Shown: positions 29,446 to 40,049, counted from the stretch's first letter. The stretch is 64,000 nt of DNA from an uncultured virus (IMG/VR IMGVR_UViG_3300018080_000168) (IMGVR_UViG_3300018080_000168); one strand, 5' to 3'. Notes: generated from the sequence alone by a model not told the origin. Made by a program: numbers and translations.

Positions 29446-29946
29446 TCAATCAGCCTCCTTCAAAGTATCGGGGGGAGATAGTTGGCCTATACTAATTGTC
29501 ACATTAGCTATTGATGTCGCTTCTGCCTGTGCTTGCAACAAATCTATAATCATTTTTTCTGGTACGAGTATTTGTTTCTGTGTTACAACTTTCTCTAATC
29601 CAGAATTAAGCAAAAGCCCTGTACATGATGAACAGGGTGTATGTCCAAACAAATACAAAGTACCACCTTCGACCTTTGAGCCATGCTTTGCAGCATTTAC
29701 AATAGCATTAGCTTCTGCATGTACAGATGGACAGCATGGGTCATGTGCAGAATTTCCAGGAATAGAATCCGACCTTGCACATTTCCTACAATGGGGATAA
29801 CCAGCTGGTGGACCATTGTAACCAGCTGAAACTATCCTTTTGCCAATCACTATTATTGCTCCAACTTTTACTTTGAGACATTTGCTTCTCTTGCTTACTG
29901 CTTCTGCTATTCCCAAATAGTATTCATCATCTTTCACATTTTTCAC
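29446..29946 (-). CDS. dCMP deaminase
   Basis: SKC..VGA, GYNG, HAEANA, PCSSC. Confidence 0.92.
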   Translation of the reverse strand: MKNVKDDEYYLGIAEAVSKRSKCLKVKVGAIIVIGKRIVSAGYNGPPAGYPHCRKCARSDSIPGNSAHDPCCPSVHAEANAIVNAAKHGSKVEGGTLYLFGHTPCSSCTGLLLNSGLEKVVTQKQILVPEKMIIDLLQAQAEATSIANVTISIGQLSPPDTLKEAD

Positions 29947-30146
29947 CTCAACATTTTTTTGAACAAATCTAATCCAATAAATTTGACAAGCATACCATCA
30001 ATATCCCCTTTTTCTGCTTCCTCTTTGAGCAATTTCAAATTGTATGAAACAGTAGATGGTGGTAATCCCAATTTTTGAGCTATCTCTTTATTGTTATATC
30101 CAACTGCTCTCAATTTCACAATTTCTTTCTTGTTTTCAATTCTCAT
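29943..30146 (-). CDS. HTH DNA-binding protein
   Basis: GYNNKEIAQKLGLPPSTVSYNL. Confidence 0.8.
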   Translation of the reverse strand: MRIENKKEIVKLRAVGYNNKEIAQKLGLPPSTVSYNLKLLKEEAEKGDIDGMLVKFIGLDLFKKMLR

Positions 30147-31152
30147 TTTTCTTCACCATCCTACATAACTGACATAATTCAGTATCAATAATCCCTTCTC
30201 TACGCATATATTTACATCTTGGAATTTTGTATGGATATCTCTCGAGACATCCAACAGTATATCCAATTTGATATTCAGTTATGCCTTCATTATATTCTGG
30301 GTCGTTCATGAATATAGTTGCTATTTCGTCTCTGTCTTCTTTTGGCATAATCTGATTAGGATTATTGGACTTCCATTCTCTCCAAATATATGCTACTATT
30401 GCAACTCTTTGCATGTGCTCTAAATGTATTCCAGATTCTTCTAACTCTATCAAATCAGCTATGCAGATAGGGACTTCTGCATTTTGGACAAATTCAGATT
30501 TCTTTGCTTTTTCTCTAATAAAGCATTTTGAAACTATTTCTTCAGGAACTTTCCACAGCTCGAATTGGAAATCTTCTTGGTAAATTGGTCTTGAGTGTCT
30601 TTTTCTATCTTCTGGAGCAACGATTTCATCCAACAGCACTTTGCAAAATTTCTTTTTGCCACCAACTGCTCTTACAACACTTCCCATACCTTTATCATCC
30701 CAACTAATTTTTCTTGGGTCTATATTCCATCTCCAAAACTCATGGTTCTCCTTCTTAATTTTTGTTCTATGCAGAATATCTTTGGCTAATTTCCTTGTTA
30801 AAAATGTTCTCAGCTGTCTCCAATCAACATCCGACTTTGCATCAAGCCAAATTTGGAAATGATATCCCTTGCCACCAGAGTCATAAACATAGAAAGGAAT
30901 GCCAGAGTCTTTCAGTCTTTTTGAGAGCAACAAAGCAGTAAAGTAAAGAGTATGCTTATCATCGATATCCAAATCGAAAAGCAATTCATTTTTGCATAAA
31001 GTCCTGAATTCGGCTCTTGGATGCTTTTCCCAGTCCCAATCTTCATAAAGAGTCCAAGTACCAGGTGCTCCACTTGGAGTAGCAAGACATAATCTCATTG
31101 GGAAATCTGTAATTTCCATTTTTCGTATTTTATCAATCCACTCTTTTTGCAT
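30136..31152 (-). CDS. Archaeo-eukaryotic primase, PriS-PriL(C-terminal Fe-S domain) fusion
   Basis: FDLDID, SGGKGYH, NIDP; C-terminal PICI..HLEHMQR..YQI..PRC..C..C; start placed after the polymerase stop. Confidence 0.8.
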   Translation of the reverse strand: MQKEWIDKIRKMEITDFPMRLCLATPSGAPGTWTLYEDWDWEKHPRAEFRTLCKNELLFDLDIDDKHTLYFTALLLSKRLKDSGIPFYVYDSGGKGYHFQIWLDAKSDVDWRQLRTFLTRKLAKDILHRTKIKKENHEFWRWNIDPRKISWDDKGMGSVVRAVGGKKKFCKVLLDEIVAPEDRKRHSRPIYQEDFQFELWKVPEEIVSKCFIREKAKKSEFVQNAEVPICIADLIELEESGIHLEHMQRVAIVAYIWREWKSNNPNQIMPKEDRDEIATIFMNDPEYNEGITEYQIGYTVGCLERYPYKIPRCKYMRREGIIDTELCQLCRMVKKNEN

Positions 31153-31153
31153 C

Positions 31154-34100
31154 TCACTCCACCTTCTCGAAAATTTTTCTAACTTTTGTCTTCCAATTCT
31201 TCTTTTTTGGCCATCTGGCTGAAACTCGAAAAATATCTCCATGTTCAAATGATAAGTCGGGATACTTGTTTGCTTCCCTTGGGTCGACAAAGCCTCTGAA
31301 ATATTGGTTATCTTCAGATACAGCTTCAAATGTTATCTTTCCATTTATTGTTTTTACAGACTTGGCAATCCAAATCAATTCACCAGTTTCTCCAATTCTT
31401 TTTCCTCTTGCAGAAGCAAGAAGCCATAATGGTTTGCCCATCAAATATTCTGCATAAGGTTGAATTGGCATATCATTATTTATAGAAGCATTAAATTCAT
31501 CCATAAATACAAAATTATCTACATAAACCTTGGTAATTTTATTGCCATATGGATTGACTCTTCCTTTAACTAAAATAGGAAATCCACCTTTTTCTCCAAG
31601 TTCAAAGTATTTCCTATCCCATTCTTCTTTGTATAAATTGTACACCTCTGGAGCAAAATGCAACAAAACAAAATCTGTTTCATCAATGCTATTAGCATGC
31701 AGATATTTGGCACCTTCCATTCCTACATTATCATCTGCAAAAGCACCACCCTCCATACCAACTATTTTCCAATTAACATTTTCTACTGAAGGTATTATTG
31801 CTCTTAAAGTAACTTCTACATTTTCAAATTCTTCAAAATCAATTTCATTTATTTTAGATGGTGAAATACCCACAAAGTATTTTTTAATATCTTCATCAAC
31901 TCTTTCAAGAACAGTGTCTTCTACAGGATACGGTATTACAGAGGAAACAAATGCATCTTTTTGACTTTCAGTTATATCGGGATAAAATTCCCATGGCGAT
32001 TCTCCAACTCCATCTTTGACAACACCCCATTGTGCTAATGTCTTTTGCCCTCTCCCAACTCCTTTATCAAACATCGACATTAATGAAACTCTATTATCAA
32101 GAATCCAATTCACATTCGGACAAATAGTCCTGAATGCTTGAGCTCGAGCAAGATTCTCCCATTCAGCCTTTGAACATCTTACTCTTCTTGCGAAATCATA
32201 TATATCTGTATATGGAGCACTATCAACTATTTGTTTAGCAACCTTTTCACGCATACTTTTTACTGATTTTAGTCCCATATAGAAAGAATTTTCTAAAATT
32301 GCCCAATCAACACCACTGCAATTAACATCTGGCATTTCTGCAATGAATCCAAGGCGGTCCAGCTCTCTAATATAGGAAGAAATTTTATGGTCAACCTTTT
32401 CTGCTCTGAGCAGTGCTAACATAAACTCTTTGGGGTAATATGTTTTTAAATACATACATCGATAAGCAACAACTGCATATTCTGCTGCATGGGCTTTGTT
32501 AAAGCCATACGAACCAAAGAAAATAAGTCTATCAAATATTTCCCTGGCTAATTCCTCTGAACAATCGTGGCGTTGTGCTCCCTGTATGAAGACATCTCTT
32601 TGCTTGGAAAAAGTTTCAACACCTGTAGAATGTTTAATAATTTTCCTTATAGAATTAACTTTGCCCCAATCCATGCTGCCTAACTGCCTCAAAACCATTA
32701 ATATTTGTTCTTGATATATAGGGAATCCCAAAGTCTTCTCTAATACCTTATCATAAATTGGATGCAACTTTTTGACTTCCTCAAATCCATTCCTTGTTCT
32801 GATAAAATCAGCTGCAAGACCAGAATGCAGCGGACCAGGACGATGTAAAGCATTCAAAACCAATAAATCCTCAAAACTGTCTATTTTCATGCTTCTGGCC
32901 ATTTTAGTTATTCCAAGTGATTCAAATTGAAATACACCCAAAGTATTACCAAGAGAAAATTGCTCCAAAACTTTTTGGTCTTCAATATTAATCCTGTTCC
33001 AATCAATCTCTATCCCTTTTTCGAAAAGCATCTCCTTGGCTTCTGCAAGAATTCCTAATGTTGTTAGTCCTAAAATATCCAATTTAAGAATTCCAATCTC
33101 TTCAGCATCGCTTCCTTCATAAGCAGTTACCAGTCCCTTTGAAGCTCTCATTACAGGACTATAATCGTAAATTGGTGTTGGAGTAACTAATACTCCAGCA
33201 GCATGAGTACCATAATGTGATAAATGGCCTTCTAATTGCTCTGCAAATTTTCTTACTTGCGGATATTTCCTATCGAACCGTTTGCAAATATCAAACTGGT
33301 CAAAAGAATCTGAAATTGTGTAATCAACTCTTGCATCTCCTCCAGACCTTTGAATAATAGCCTGTGTAACTTTGTTTACCTCATCATATGGTATTGCTAA
33401 TGCTCTACTGATATCTTTCAAGCAAGACCTTCCTGTCAATGAAGCCCAAGTGCCTAAATGAATTACAGAGTCCTCTCCATATTCTTCCTTAAGATACTCT
33501 ATAACTTCATGTCTCCTATCATACTGAAAATCCATATCGATATCTGGCAAATCAGTTCTTGTTGGACTAATAAATCTTTCAAAATAAAGCTCCATTTCAA
33601 TTGGATTAACATCGTGAATGTAAAGGCAATAAGCAACCAAACTTCCACCAACAGAGCCTCTCCCTGGACCTAATTCAATTCCTCTATCTCTACACCAATT
33701 AAGTAAGTTATAAACAAGGATAAAGTAATCTGAAAAAGTTTTCTCTATTATCATCTCCAATTCATACTCTAATCTTTCTCTGTATTGTTGGTCTTGTTCA
33801 GGAATCCTCTCCTTTAATCCTTTCTTGGCTAAATCCTCTAAATATTCTGCTGTATCAGCATATTGCTTTGGTATATTAGGTTTTGGAATAATATTTTTTT
33901 GTTGTGGAATTTGGATATCAATTTCTTCTGCTATTGCAAGAGTATTCGCTAATATCTCATCAATTTTTTCCTTGCTAATTTGTTTTATGAGACTCTCTCT
34001 AATTTCCTTTTCTGACATCAAGAAAAGTGTTCTAACAGTATATGGTTTGCCCTTTCCTCCAGGCTGAGATTTCTTAATAATATCTTGAACTTGTACTCCA

Positions 34101-35338
34101 TTTTTGGTTAAATAATGAACATCATTAGAAACAATTATTGGCCTACTGTATTCTTTAGACAGCTCAAAAACTAAATTGTTATGATTAAGTTGCTGTTCCC
34201 ATGCATGTGGTTGAATTTCGAAATAAAAATTCTCTCCAAAAGCCTCAACCAAATCAGAAAGTATTTCCTTGGAGAAATAAATTATAGAATTTGTACAAGC
34301 AGTAGTAATTACTATATTGCCATCCTTTCCTACACTACATAGCTGTTCAGCAGTTACTCTTGGACGTCTGTAAAATTGTTGCTCTCCTAAAAATGTCAAA
34401 TACATTAACTGTTTGTATCCTTCATAATTTTTTGCCAACAAAACAGCATGGCGACTTTTTTTATCATCTGGGTGATTTATGACATAAGCCTCCATTCCAA
34501 TTATTGGTTTTATTCCATTAGAAATGCATTCATTAAAAAATTTCCAGCATCCTGCCATGTTTCCATGGTCAGTTATGGCCAAAGCCTTAAAACCCATAGC
34601 CTTGGCCTTTAATACAATTGCTTTCAGCCTACCAAAAGCATCTCCCTTGGAGTGCTCTGAATGAAGATGCAAATGTACAAATCCTTGTTCTTCATCAGTT
34701 TCCTCAAACTCTGATTCATCTATCCCATAAAGTACACCCTTGGAAGTTTGCTCTATATGTCGATTTAGACCTTGTTCATGGTCTTTCTTTTCTCTAATCA
34801 AATTTGCATCTTCCAAAATTTTTACAAGATAGTCCCACCCTCTTTCCCAATGGGGTTTATTAGCCTCTCTTGAACGCAAAACTGCAGATGGGTGGATTAA
34901 CGGTATAACTAATTTCATGCCATATTTTGGCTTTGCAAACAAGCTCCTTCCTATTCTTCTTGTTATGCCACTTTCCCCAGTTAATTCGTGTAGAGAGGAA
35001 TTTCCAACTGCAACTAATATATCTGGATTCAATTCCTCAATTTGCCTAACCAAATAACCACTACAGGCTTCTGCATACTTTTCACTGAATTTATTCCCTG
35101 GAGGTCTGCATTTGACAATATTCGTTATTCCATAGTCAAAATCCAAAGTTGCTAATTTTTCAGTCAAAATTTTCCCTGCAGGACCAACAAATGGTTCACC
35201 TTTCTTGTCCTCTTGTGCACCTGGAGCTTCTCCTATGAACAAAACCTTTGGAGAGGCAACTCCTTTATAAATTACAGGATTACTACGTGTCTTGTAGAGT
35301 TCACATTTTTTGCAATTGTAAATTTCATCATCAATCAT
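31154..35338 (-). CDS. dnaE: Family-4 uracil-DNA glycosylase fused to a family C DNA polymerase (Pol III alpha)
   Basis: [51 protein letters not shown]. Polymerase: [33 protein letters not shown]. Confidence 0.95.
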   Translation of the reverse strand: MIDDEIYNCKKCELYKTRSNPVIYKGVASPKVLFIGEAPGAQEDKKGEPFVGPAGKILTEKLATLDFDYGITNIVKCRPPGNKFSEKYAEACSGYLVRQIEELNPDILVAVGNSSLHELTGESGITRRIGRSLFAKPKYGMKLVIPLIHPSAVLRSREANKPHWERGWDYLVKILEDANLIREKKDHEQGLNRHIEQTSKGVLYGIDESEFEETDEEQGFVHLHLHSEHSKGDAFGRLKAIVLKAKAMGFKALAITDHGNMAGCWKFFNECISNGIKPIIGMEAYVINHPDDKKSRHAVLLAKNYEGYKQLMYLTFLGEQQFYRRPRVTAEQLCSVGKDGNIVITTACTNSIIYFSKEILSDLVEAFGENFYFEIQPHAWEQQLNHNNLVFELSKEYSRPIIVSNDVHYLTKNGVQVQDIIKKSQPGGKGKPYTVRTLFLMSEKEIRESLIKQISKEKIDEILANTLAIAEEIDIQIPQQKNIIPKPNIPKQYADTAEYLEDLAKKGLKERIPEQDQQYRERLEYELEMIIEKTFSDYFILVYNLLNWCRDRGIELGPGRGSVGGSLVAYCLYIHDVNPIEMELYFERFISPTRTDLPDIDMDFQYDRRHEVIEYLKEEYGEDSVIHLGTWASLTGRSCLKDISRALAIPYDEVNKVTQAIIQRSGGDARVDYTISDSFDQFDICKRFDRKYPQVRKFAEQLEGHLSHYGTHAAGVLVTPTPIYDYSPVMRASKGLVTAYEGSDAEEIGILKLDILGLTTLGILAEAKEMLFEKGIEIDWNRINIEDQKVLEQFSLGNTLGVFQFESLGITKMARSMKIDSFEDLLVLNALHRPGPLHSGLAADFIRTRNGFEEVKKLHPIYDKVLEKTLGFPIYQEQILMVLRQLGSMDWGKVNSIRKIIKHSTGVETFSKQRDVFIQGAQRHDCSEELAREIFDRLIFFGSYGFNKAHAAEYAVVAYRCMYLKTYYPKEFMLALLRAEKVDHKISSYIRELDRLGFIAEMPDVNCSGVDWAILENSFYMGLKSVKSMREKVAKQIVDSAPYTDIYDFARRVRCSKAEWENLARAQAFRTICPNVNWILDNRVSLMSMFDKGVGRGQKTLAQWGVVKDGVGESPWEFYPDITESQKDAFVSSVIPYPVEDTVLERVDEDIKKYFVGISPSKINEIDFEEFENVEVTLRAIIPSVENVNWKIVGMEGGAFADDNVGMEGAKYLHANSIDETDFVLLHFAPEVYNLYKEEWDRKYFELGEKGGFPILVKGRVNPYGNKITKVYVDNFVFMDEFNASINNDMPIQPYAEYLMGKPLWLLASARGKRIGETGELIWIAKSVKTINGKITFEAVSEDNQYFRGFVDPREANKYPDLSFEHGDIFRVSARWPKKKNWKTKVRKIFEKVE

Positions 35339-35687
35339 CCTGAACCCTCATTTCTTCAGACACATGTGCGACAACTCTCTTCTGCACACCAGTCTTCTGT
35401 AATTCAAAAACTCCTTGCTCTATCTTTATTGCCATCATAGTTAATACACAAAAATTGGCCATATCCAAAAGTTTGTCCTGAACTGCATACATATCCTCAC
35501 AGTGATTATCCCAAATTAGTGTCTTTAATCGACAGTAACACGAATGGATGTCTGCGAAGTTCAAAACTTTTTGGTCGATAAAGTCCTTTGGTTTCCATTG
35601 GTCTCCATATTTTTTAGATTTTTCTTGCATGATTTGCTGTTGGAGTTGGAATATCTCTTGCATCAAGTTCAAGTCATCTTGGTTCAT
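35331..35687 (-). CDS. Nmad1/DUF1599-like all-alpha protein (MazG-like NTP pyrophosphatase fold)
   Basis: EKSKKYGDQW...RLK...DKLLDMANFC. Confidence 0.6.
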   Translation of the reverse strand: MNQDDLNLMQEIFQLQQQIMQEKSKKYGDQWKPKDFIDQKVLNFADIHSCYCRLKTLIWDNHCEDMYAVQDKLLDMANFCVLTMMAIKIEQGVFELQKTGVQKRVVAHVSEEMRVQDD

Positions 35688-36336
35688 CTTCTTCACCAAC
35701 CTTTATCATTTTGGCATATGCACTGTCTGGATACCAATCGTCTTTTTTGATTATTTCATCCATGAAAATTTTTATTTGCTCCACCAAAGGATTTAACCAT
35801 TCCAATGCTTCTGCTCTTTTAACAAGAACTTCGAATCCTCCTTTCATTACAGGAATAATAGCATTATTCCCCATTATTTTTTCTTGGATACAGTAAACCA
35901 TGAGCGATAAGCTGTCTGCAGCCTCAACTAACTGTCCTTCAATATCCTTGGATTTAGCAGAAACCCAAATTTCATATCTCCTTTCAGCAATTTCCTTTGG
36001 CAAACAAGATAGCATTTCCTTCATACAAGCTTTATTGATTATTTGGATTTGCTCTAATAATCCTTTGCTACCATGCTTTACATTGTAAGGCAAATCACTG
36101 GAAATACTTTCCTCTGCGTCATGCATCAATGCTCTGCTGACTGCTTTGGCTCTGTCCACCTTCACTCCATTTGCTTCTGCATAATCACAAAGCAAATCAA
36201 CATAGAAAGCAACAAAGAAAGAATGCTCTGCAACACTTTCCTTGGAAATTTTAGGAACAGTAGAGTATCTGATAACATGGCTCAAATGCTTATGGCTACC
36301 AAGCATAAACTGTAGCATACTTGCTGTGCTTTCCAT
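35674..36336 (-). CDS. HD-domain 5'-deoxynucleotidase (YfbR-like)
   Basis: RY..ESVAEHS, ALMHDAEE..SDLP, AD. Confidence 0.88.
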   Translation of the reverse strand: MESTASMLQFMLGSHKHLSHVIRYSTVPKISKESVAEHSFFVAFYVDLLCDYAEANGVKVDRAKAVSRALMHDAEESISSDLPYNVKHGSKGLLEQIQIINKACMKEMLSCLPKEIAERRYEIWVSAKSKDIEGQLVEAADSLSLMVYCIQEKIMGNNAIIPVMKGGFEVLVKRAEALEWLNPLVEQIKIFMDEIIKKDDWYPDSAYAKMIKVGEEDEPR

Positions 36337-36492
36337 ATTAAGACCTCAAAACATTTTTGCTAATTAGTATGCAGACTAAAGATGGGTCTTCATTCAACTC
36401 TCCGACTGCTTCTTTCAATCTTTCCATATCAGGAAAGGTATCTGTCCAAATATGACCATCTGACCATACTTTTGCTACTTTATATTGGGTTT

Positions 36493-37017
36493 TCAATACA
36501 TCATCCCCTTTGCCATATTTTTCAGCTTGTTTATTAGCTGATTTGTAGTTGCACATTCAACATGTGCACACTCACTTAACATGATGTTCCAATTTCCAAC
36601 AGGTCCAGAATTCAAAAATACAATAGGCTTATTCAATGCATAAGCATATCCCATTTCCCAAACTGTTCCTATATCTGGTAACATTACGACACTTGCTCCA
36701 GCTTCAAACTGCCTTTCCTCATCCTCAATCCTTGCAATCACAGTTGCATTCTTTTTTCCACGATTTTCATCGTCAACCCAATCTAATGCTAATAGCTGAA
36801 CACCTCTATATTCAGTGATTGCTATCATGGCATCACTGGAGCGAATGGCATTGACATTGCTTTTGAATATCTGTTTTGTAGTCCCTTTATCGCTGTCATG
36901 CATAGGTGAGAAAACATGGAAATCCTCAACAAGAGCATCCCTGACTCGCTCGACTAATTCTGACTGATGGCGATTGAAAAATGGTCCTGCCAAATACACT
37001 CGCATTTTTCTTTTCAT
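36493..37017 (-). CDS. Nucleoside 2'-deoxyribosyltransferase / nucleotide N-hydrolase family protein
   Basis: VYLAGPFF, VFSP, DIGTVWEMGYAYALNKP, NIML. Confidence 0.88.
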   Translation of the reverse strand: MKRKMRVYLAGPFFNRHQSELVERVRDALVEDFHVFSPMHDSDKGTTKQIFKSNVNAIRSSDAMIAITEYRGVQLLALDWVDDENRGKKNATVIARIEDEERQFEAGASVVMLPDIGTVWEMGYAYALNKPIVFLNSGPVGNWNIMLSECAHVECATTNQLINKLKNMAKGMMY

Positions 37018-37029
37018 GAGTTTCCTCTC

Positions 37030-37791
37030 CTAATGGATGATTTGCCTTCCGTCTTCTGTCTTCTCTCTCCCACACCATTGGCTTGGAACCATGCACTTTC
37101 CATCTGTCTCACAAATAGGCTTGATATCAGCCCACCAAGGTCCCATTTTCCTTTCAACTTCATCAATCATCAAGTCAACTATTTGCCTGAACTCTCCTTG
37201 GACTCTAACACAGCTTCTCTTCACAACCATCTGTCGCCATGCACGATAGTTCGCTCCAACCATGATATCAGTTGTAATGTTCGTTGGTAGAAGGCCACGT
37301 GCTACTTCTGGATGCTCACCTGAATGCAAATTCTCTTGGTAAATACTATCAATCTTTTTCATTGCCTCGTAAAAGGCTTCTGGGTTTTTGCAATTTGGTG
37401 GCTGATGGAACATTTTTCGATTCGCAAAATCTTCTTTTGTTACCACTCTCATACCTTGTTGGGAATAACTGAATCCAACTCTGTTTCGAACTATCTGATG
37501 GGTAAAGGCTCGAGAAACATTCCCCAAGAACCAGTTCAGCTGTATGAATTCAAATGCATTCCCAAGAACTTCCTTTTTAACAACATCCAATATTTCCTGT
37601 TCCTCTGAATTCACAGGGTCGACTTCACCAAGAAGATATTTCTTCCAGAAATCCTCTCCAAACTGTTTGGCATCTGCTTGTATATCCTTTACCATGACAT
37701 CCCAAATCAATTTCACTAATTTCTCTGGCTGTGGTGTCCAATTCAATAAGACTACAATCGGCTTTGCTCCAAAATCTTTTTCATTTTTCAT
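37030..37791 (-). CDS. thyX: Divergent ThyX-family flavin-dependent enzyme
   Basis: VSRAFTHQIVRNR..SYSQQGMR, EVARGLLP, ANYRAW..KR..QGE. Confidence 0.8.
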   Translation of the reverse strand: MKNEKDFGAKPIVVLLNWTPQPEKLVKLIWDVMVKDIQADAKQFGEDFWKKYLLGEVDPVNSEEQEILDVVKKEVLGNAFEFIQLNWFLGNVSRAFTHQIVRNRVGFSYSQQGMRVVTKEDFANRKMFHQPPNCKNPEAFYEAMKKIDSIYQENLHSGEHPEVARGLLPTNITTDIMVGANYRAWRQMVVKRSCVRVQGEFRQIVDLMIDEVERKMGPWWADIKPICETDGKCMVPSQWCGREKTEDGRQIIH

Positions 37792-38041
37792 CTTCCAATC
37801 CTCCTAAAATTTCAGATAACTCTTTGAATACCTGAACGTAAATTGGTAATATCCTATAAAGTCTAACATTGTTGTATCCTACAAGTGTTTCGACAAGACC
37901 TACATTTTTCAATTTATTGGCTCTCCTATAAACAGTCTGCTTACAGAAACCTGTCTGCTCCATTACATCTTTTGTTGAAGCCCATTCCCTATCATGCTGG
38001 GCTATGGCCACTAACATACTTATATCAGAGCCACTAATCAT
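37781..38041 (-). CDS. Winged-helix DNA-binding protein
   Basis: STKDVMEQTGFCKQTVYRRANKLKNVGLV. Confidence 0.75.
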   Translation of the reverse strand: MISGSDISMLVAIAQHDREWASTKDVMEQTGFCKQTVYRRANKLKNVGLVETLVGYNNVRLYRILPIYVQVFKELSEILGGLEDEK

Positions 38042-38781
38042 TTTGCACCCCTTTTTCTTTTTGGAATTGGCTTTCCATCAAGGAACAAATCTTCAATTCT
38101 TTTTGCTGTTTTTTCTCCAAGGATTCCATGCCACCATCTACTTTCTTTCCAAGCCTTCTTTGTCTTGTATGGCTCATTTTTTATGTAAACTCGACGGTGC
38201 TCCATTGCTCTAAACAATTCATTCGGAATCGGATACCTTTCTGCAAGTTGCTTCGCTTTGTCATCGCCGACACCATAGAATTTGTATATCCCAGCAATAT
38301 CATTATAATCGTCAGCTCTATGAATTGGTCTATCAACAAAATTTATAGTTTCAAGTGATAATGCAATATCGACCATGAATTGGACTGCCTTTGCTCTGCT
38401 ATCAAACTTGAATGTTGGAAGCAAAAAGTTTCTCTTTCTCCAATGTGAAGAAACCCACTGATGAATTTCTCTTGGTGTACGTTTGTTTTCATCTCTCGCA
38501 ATAATTAATGCTTTTGGATTAACTGTAGCACACATATACATAGCCCAAATTTCATCCATAAGATGGCCATTGAAAAACGAATTTTGAAAGTCTTGATATT
38601 CCTTAAAAGTTACTACAAATTTCTCACAGCCTTCAGGTTTCAAATGGTAATCACCATATTCGAGGGTTGCAACTTCAATATCGAGTATTCCTCCTAAATT
38701 TTCATTTATTTTTTGGAAATGCTCTTTCATTATCGAATGCTCTGCACTGTCTATCCAAACCCTAATCTTCCCTGTTCTCAT
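38038..38781 (-). CDS. ERCC4/XPF-family nuclease with HhH
   Basis: IDSAE, LEYGDY, TFK (for ERK), DF.NS..GHL, YGVGDDKAKQL. Confidence 0.7.
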   Translation of the reverse strand: MRTGKIRVWIDSAEHSIMKEHFQKINENLGGILDIEVATLEYGDYHLKPEGCEKFVVTFKEYQDFQNSFFNGHLMDEIWAMYMCATVNPKALIIARDENKRTPREIHQWVSSHWRKRNFLLPTFKFDSRAKAVQFMVDIALSLETINFVDRPIHRADDYNDIAGIYKFYGVGDDKAKQLAERYPIPNELFRAMEHRRVYIKNEPYKTKKAWKESRWWHGILGEKTAKRIEDLFLDGKPIPKRKRGAK

Positions 38782-38966
38782 TCTCTATCTCCATTAACAA
38801 ATCAAATACTGGCAGTTGGCTTTCTATCAACTCTTTTGCAAATTTTTCGTCATTTTGATATTTGAGGACAAACTGTCCAATTGTAGCAATACCGTATTTC
38901 TGTGACAAGTCTTTCATCGATTTAAGCATGAAATTTGAAACTGCAATAACTTTCAATTTTTCCAAT

Positions 38967-39899
38967 TCATTTACCATTTGCAACACCCTCGAATAATTTT
39001 ACAATCATCTTCTCTCGCTCTGTCAAATGCTCTTGAATGACATCCCACCAGCATATTTTCCACCATTTGCAAAATCTGCAATGCCAATCACTGTCAACAT
39101 TCATTTCTCCGTTAATATCAAAAGCAGCCTTGAATGGCCTTTCTGGAATTTCTCTTGCTTCAACCAATTTAATCAAATCTTCATTTTGCTTAATGATTTG
39201 CTCGAAGAATTTCTTATCTGGCCAAACTTTGTACCATCTTCTTTCACTTGTATTTTTATTGTAATAATGCAAATATCCATATTCAAATTCACCTAATATC
39301 AAATAAGATTGTATCTGTGCATAATGCTCTAAAGACGGTCTATCTTCATAACCATAATAGTTTATTCTATGCTCTAATTTAGGAGCACCCAGTTTACATC
39401 CCTTGCAAAATCTTGCATTCGCCCACAGTCTTTGCCCACAGTTTGTACAATACCATCCTTGATTAGTTTTCCAAGCCCTTTCTTTGCAACTTTTACACTC
39501 AATTGGAACATCTTTTCCATTGAAATGAATTAAAAAATCTATGCTTCCAGAAATAAGATATTTCTTCGACCGAATTCTAAATTGTGCTCTGTCTGGAGAA
39601 GGCAAAAGTCCAGCATACAAAAGCCATTCACCCAATTCCTGCTCAACTGCGTCTCCCATTCTCCAAATAGACCTTTTATTCATCCAGTCTTCATTTGGCT
39701 CTTCTTTTATAAGAATTTCTCCAAATTCTTTTTCCATGTCTTCATGTGACATCCAAGAGAAATACCTGGAGCGAATACATTGCATCAATGCTGAAGGATA
39801 GTGATAAAGTGTATCCTGTGGATTATCAGGAATTATTATTTTGGATAAAACAAAATCTTGGACAGCTTTGTCCTGTTGGTATTTCATTTCCCATTCCAT
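38967..39899 (-). CDS. Cas4-like PD-(D/E)xK exonuclease with a Zn-ribbon insertion
   Basis: PSALMQC, GSID, ECKS, QIQSY, CRFC...C; inserted CTNC..CKGC. Confidence 0.8.
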   Translation of the reverse strand: MEWEMKYQQDKAVQDFVLSKIIIPDNPQDTLYHYPSALMQCIRSRYFSWMSHEDMEKEFGEILIKEEPNEDWMNKRSIWRMGDAVEQELGEWLLYAGLLPSPDRAQFRIRSKKYLISGSIDFLIHFNGKDVPIECKSCKERAWKTNQGWYCTNCGQRLWANARFCKGCKLGAPKLEHRINYYGYEDRPSLEHYAQIQSYLILGEFEYGYLHYYNKNTSERRWYKVWPDKKFFEQIIKQNEDLIKLVEAREIPERPFKAAFDINGEMNVDSDWHCRFCKWWKICWWDVIQEHLTEREKMIVKLFEGVANGK

Positions 39900-39911
39900 T
39901 TTTCTGTTCCT

Positions 39912-40021
39912 TGCCAGGTAAAGACAGAGTGTGAGAACCCAATCTCGGGGGAGAAAAGGCCAAGGCAACTCTGTCTTCTTTTGGACTCTCTGGCAGCCCA
40001 TTGGTTATGCCTTGTTGGGTT
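39912..40021 (-). ncRNA. Candidate structured RNA leader with crossing helices
   Basis: Four complementary pairs (6, 10, 7 and 7 bp) in 110 nt. Confidence 0.4.
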
Positions 40022-40049
40022 TGTCTATTGCTTTTGCTGGGGAGAGTGT

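Noticed and set aside
31153..31329. N-terminal extension of the primase
   Set aside because: Overlaps the end of the polymerase gene; the ATG at 31152 follows its stop directly
31154..35338. Intein or split in DnaE
   Set aside because: Conserved motifs are contiguous and the extra length is explained by the UDG domain
35331..36336. Z-genome (2-aminoadenine) cluster
   Set aside because: HD and MazG-like genes are present but no PurZ/PurA homologue is in the window
38967..39899. CRISPR-Cas system
   Set aside because: Stand-alone Cas4-like nuclease; no other cas genes and no repeat-spacer array seen
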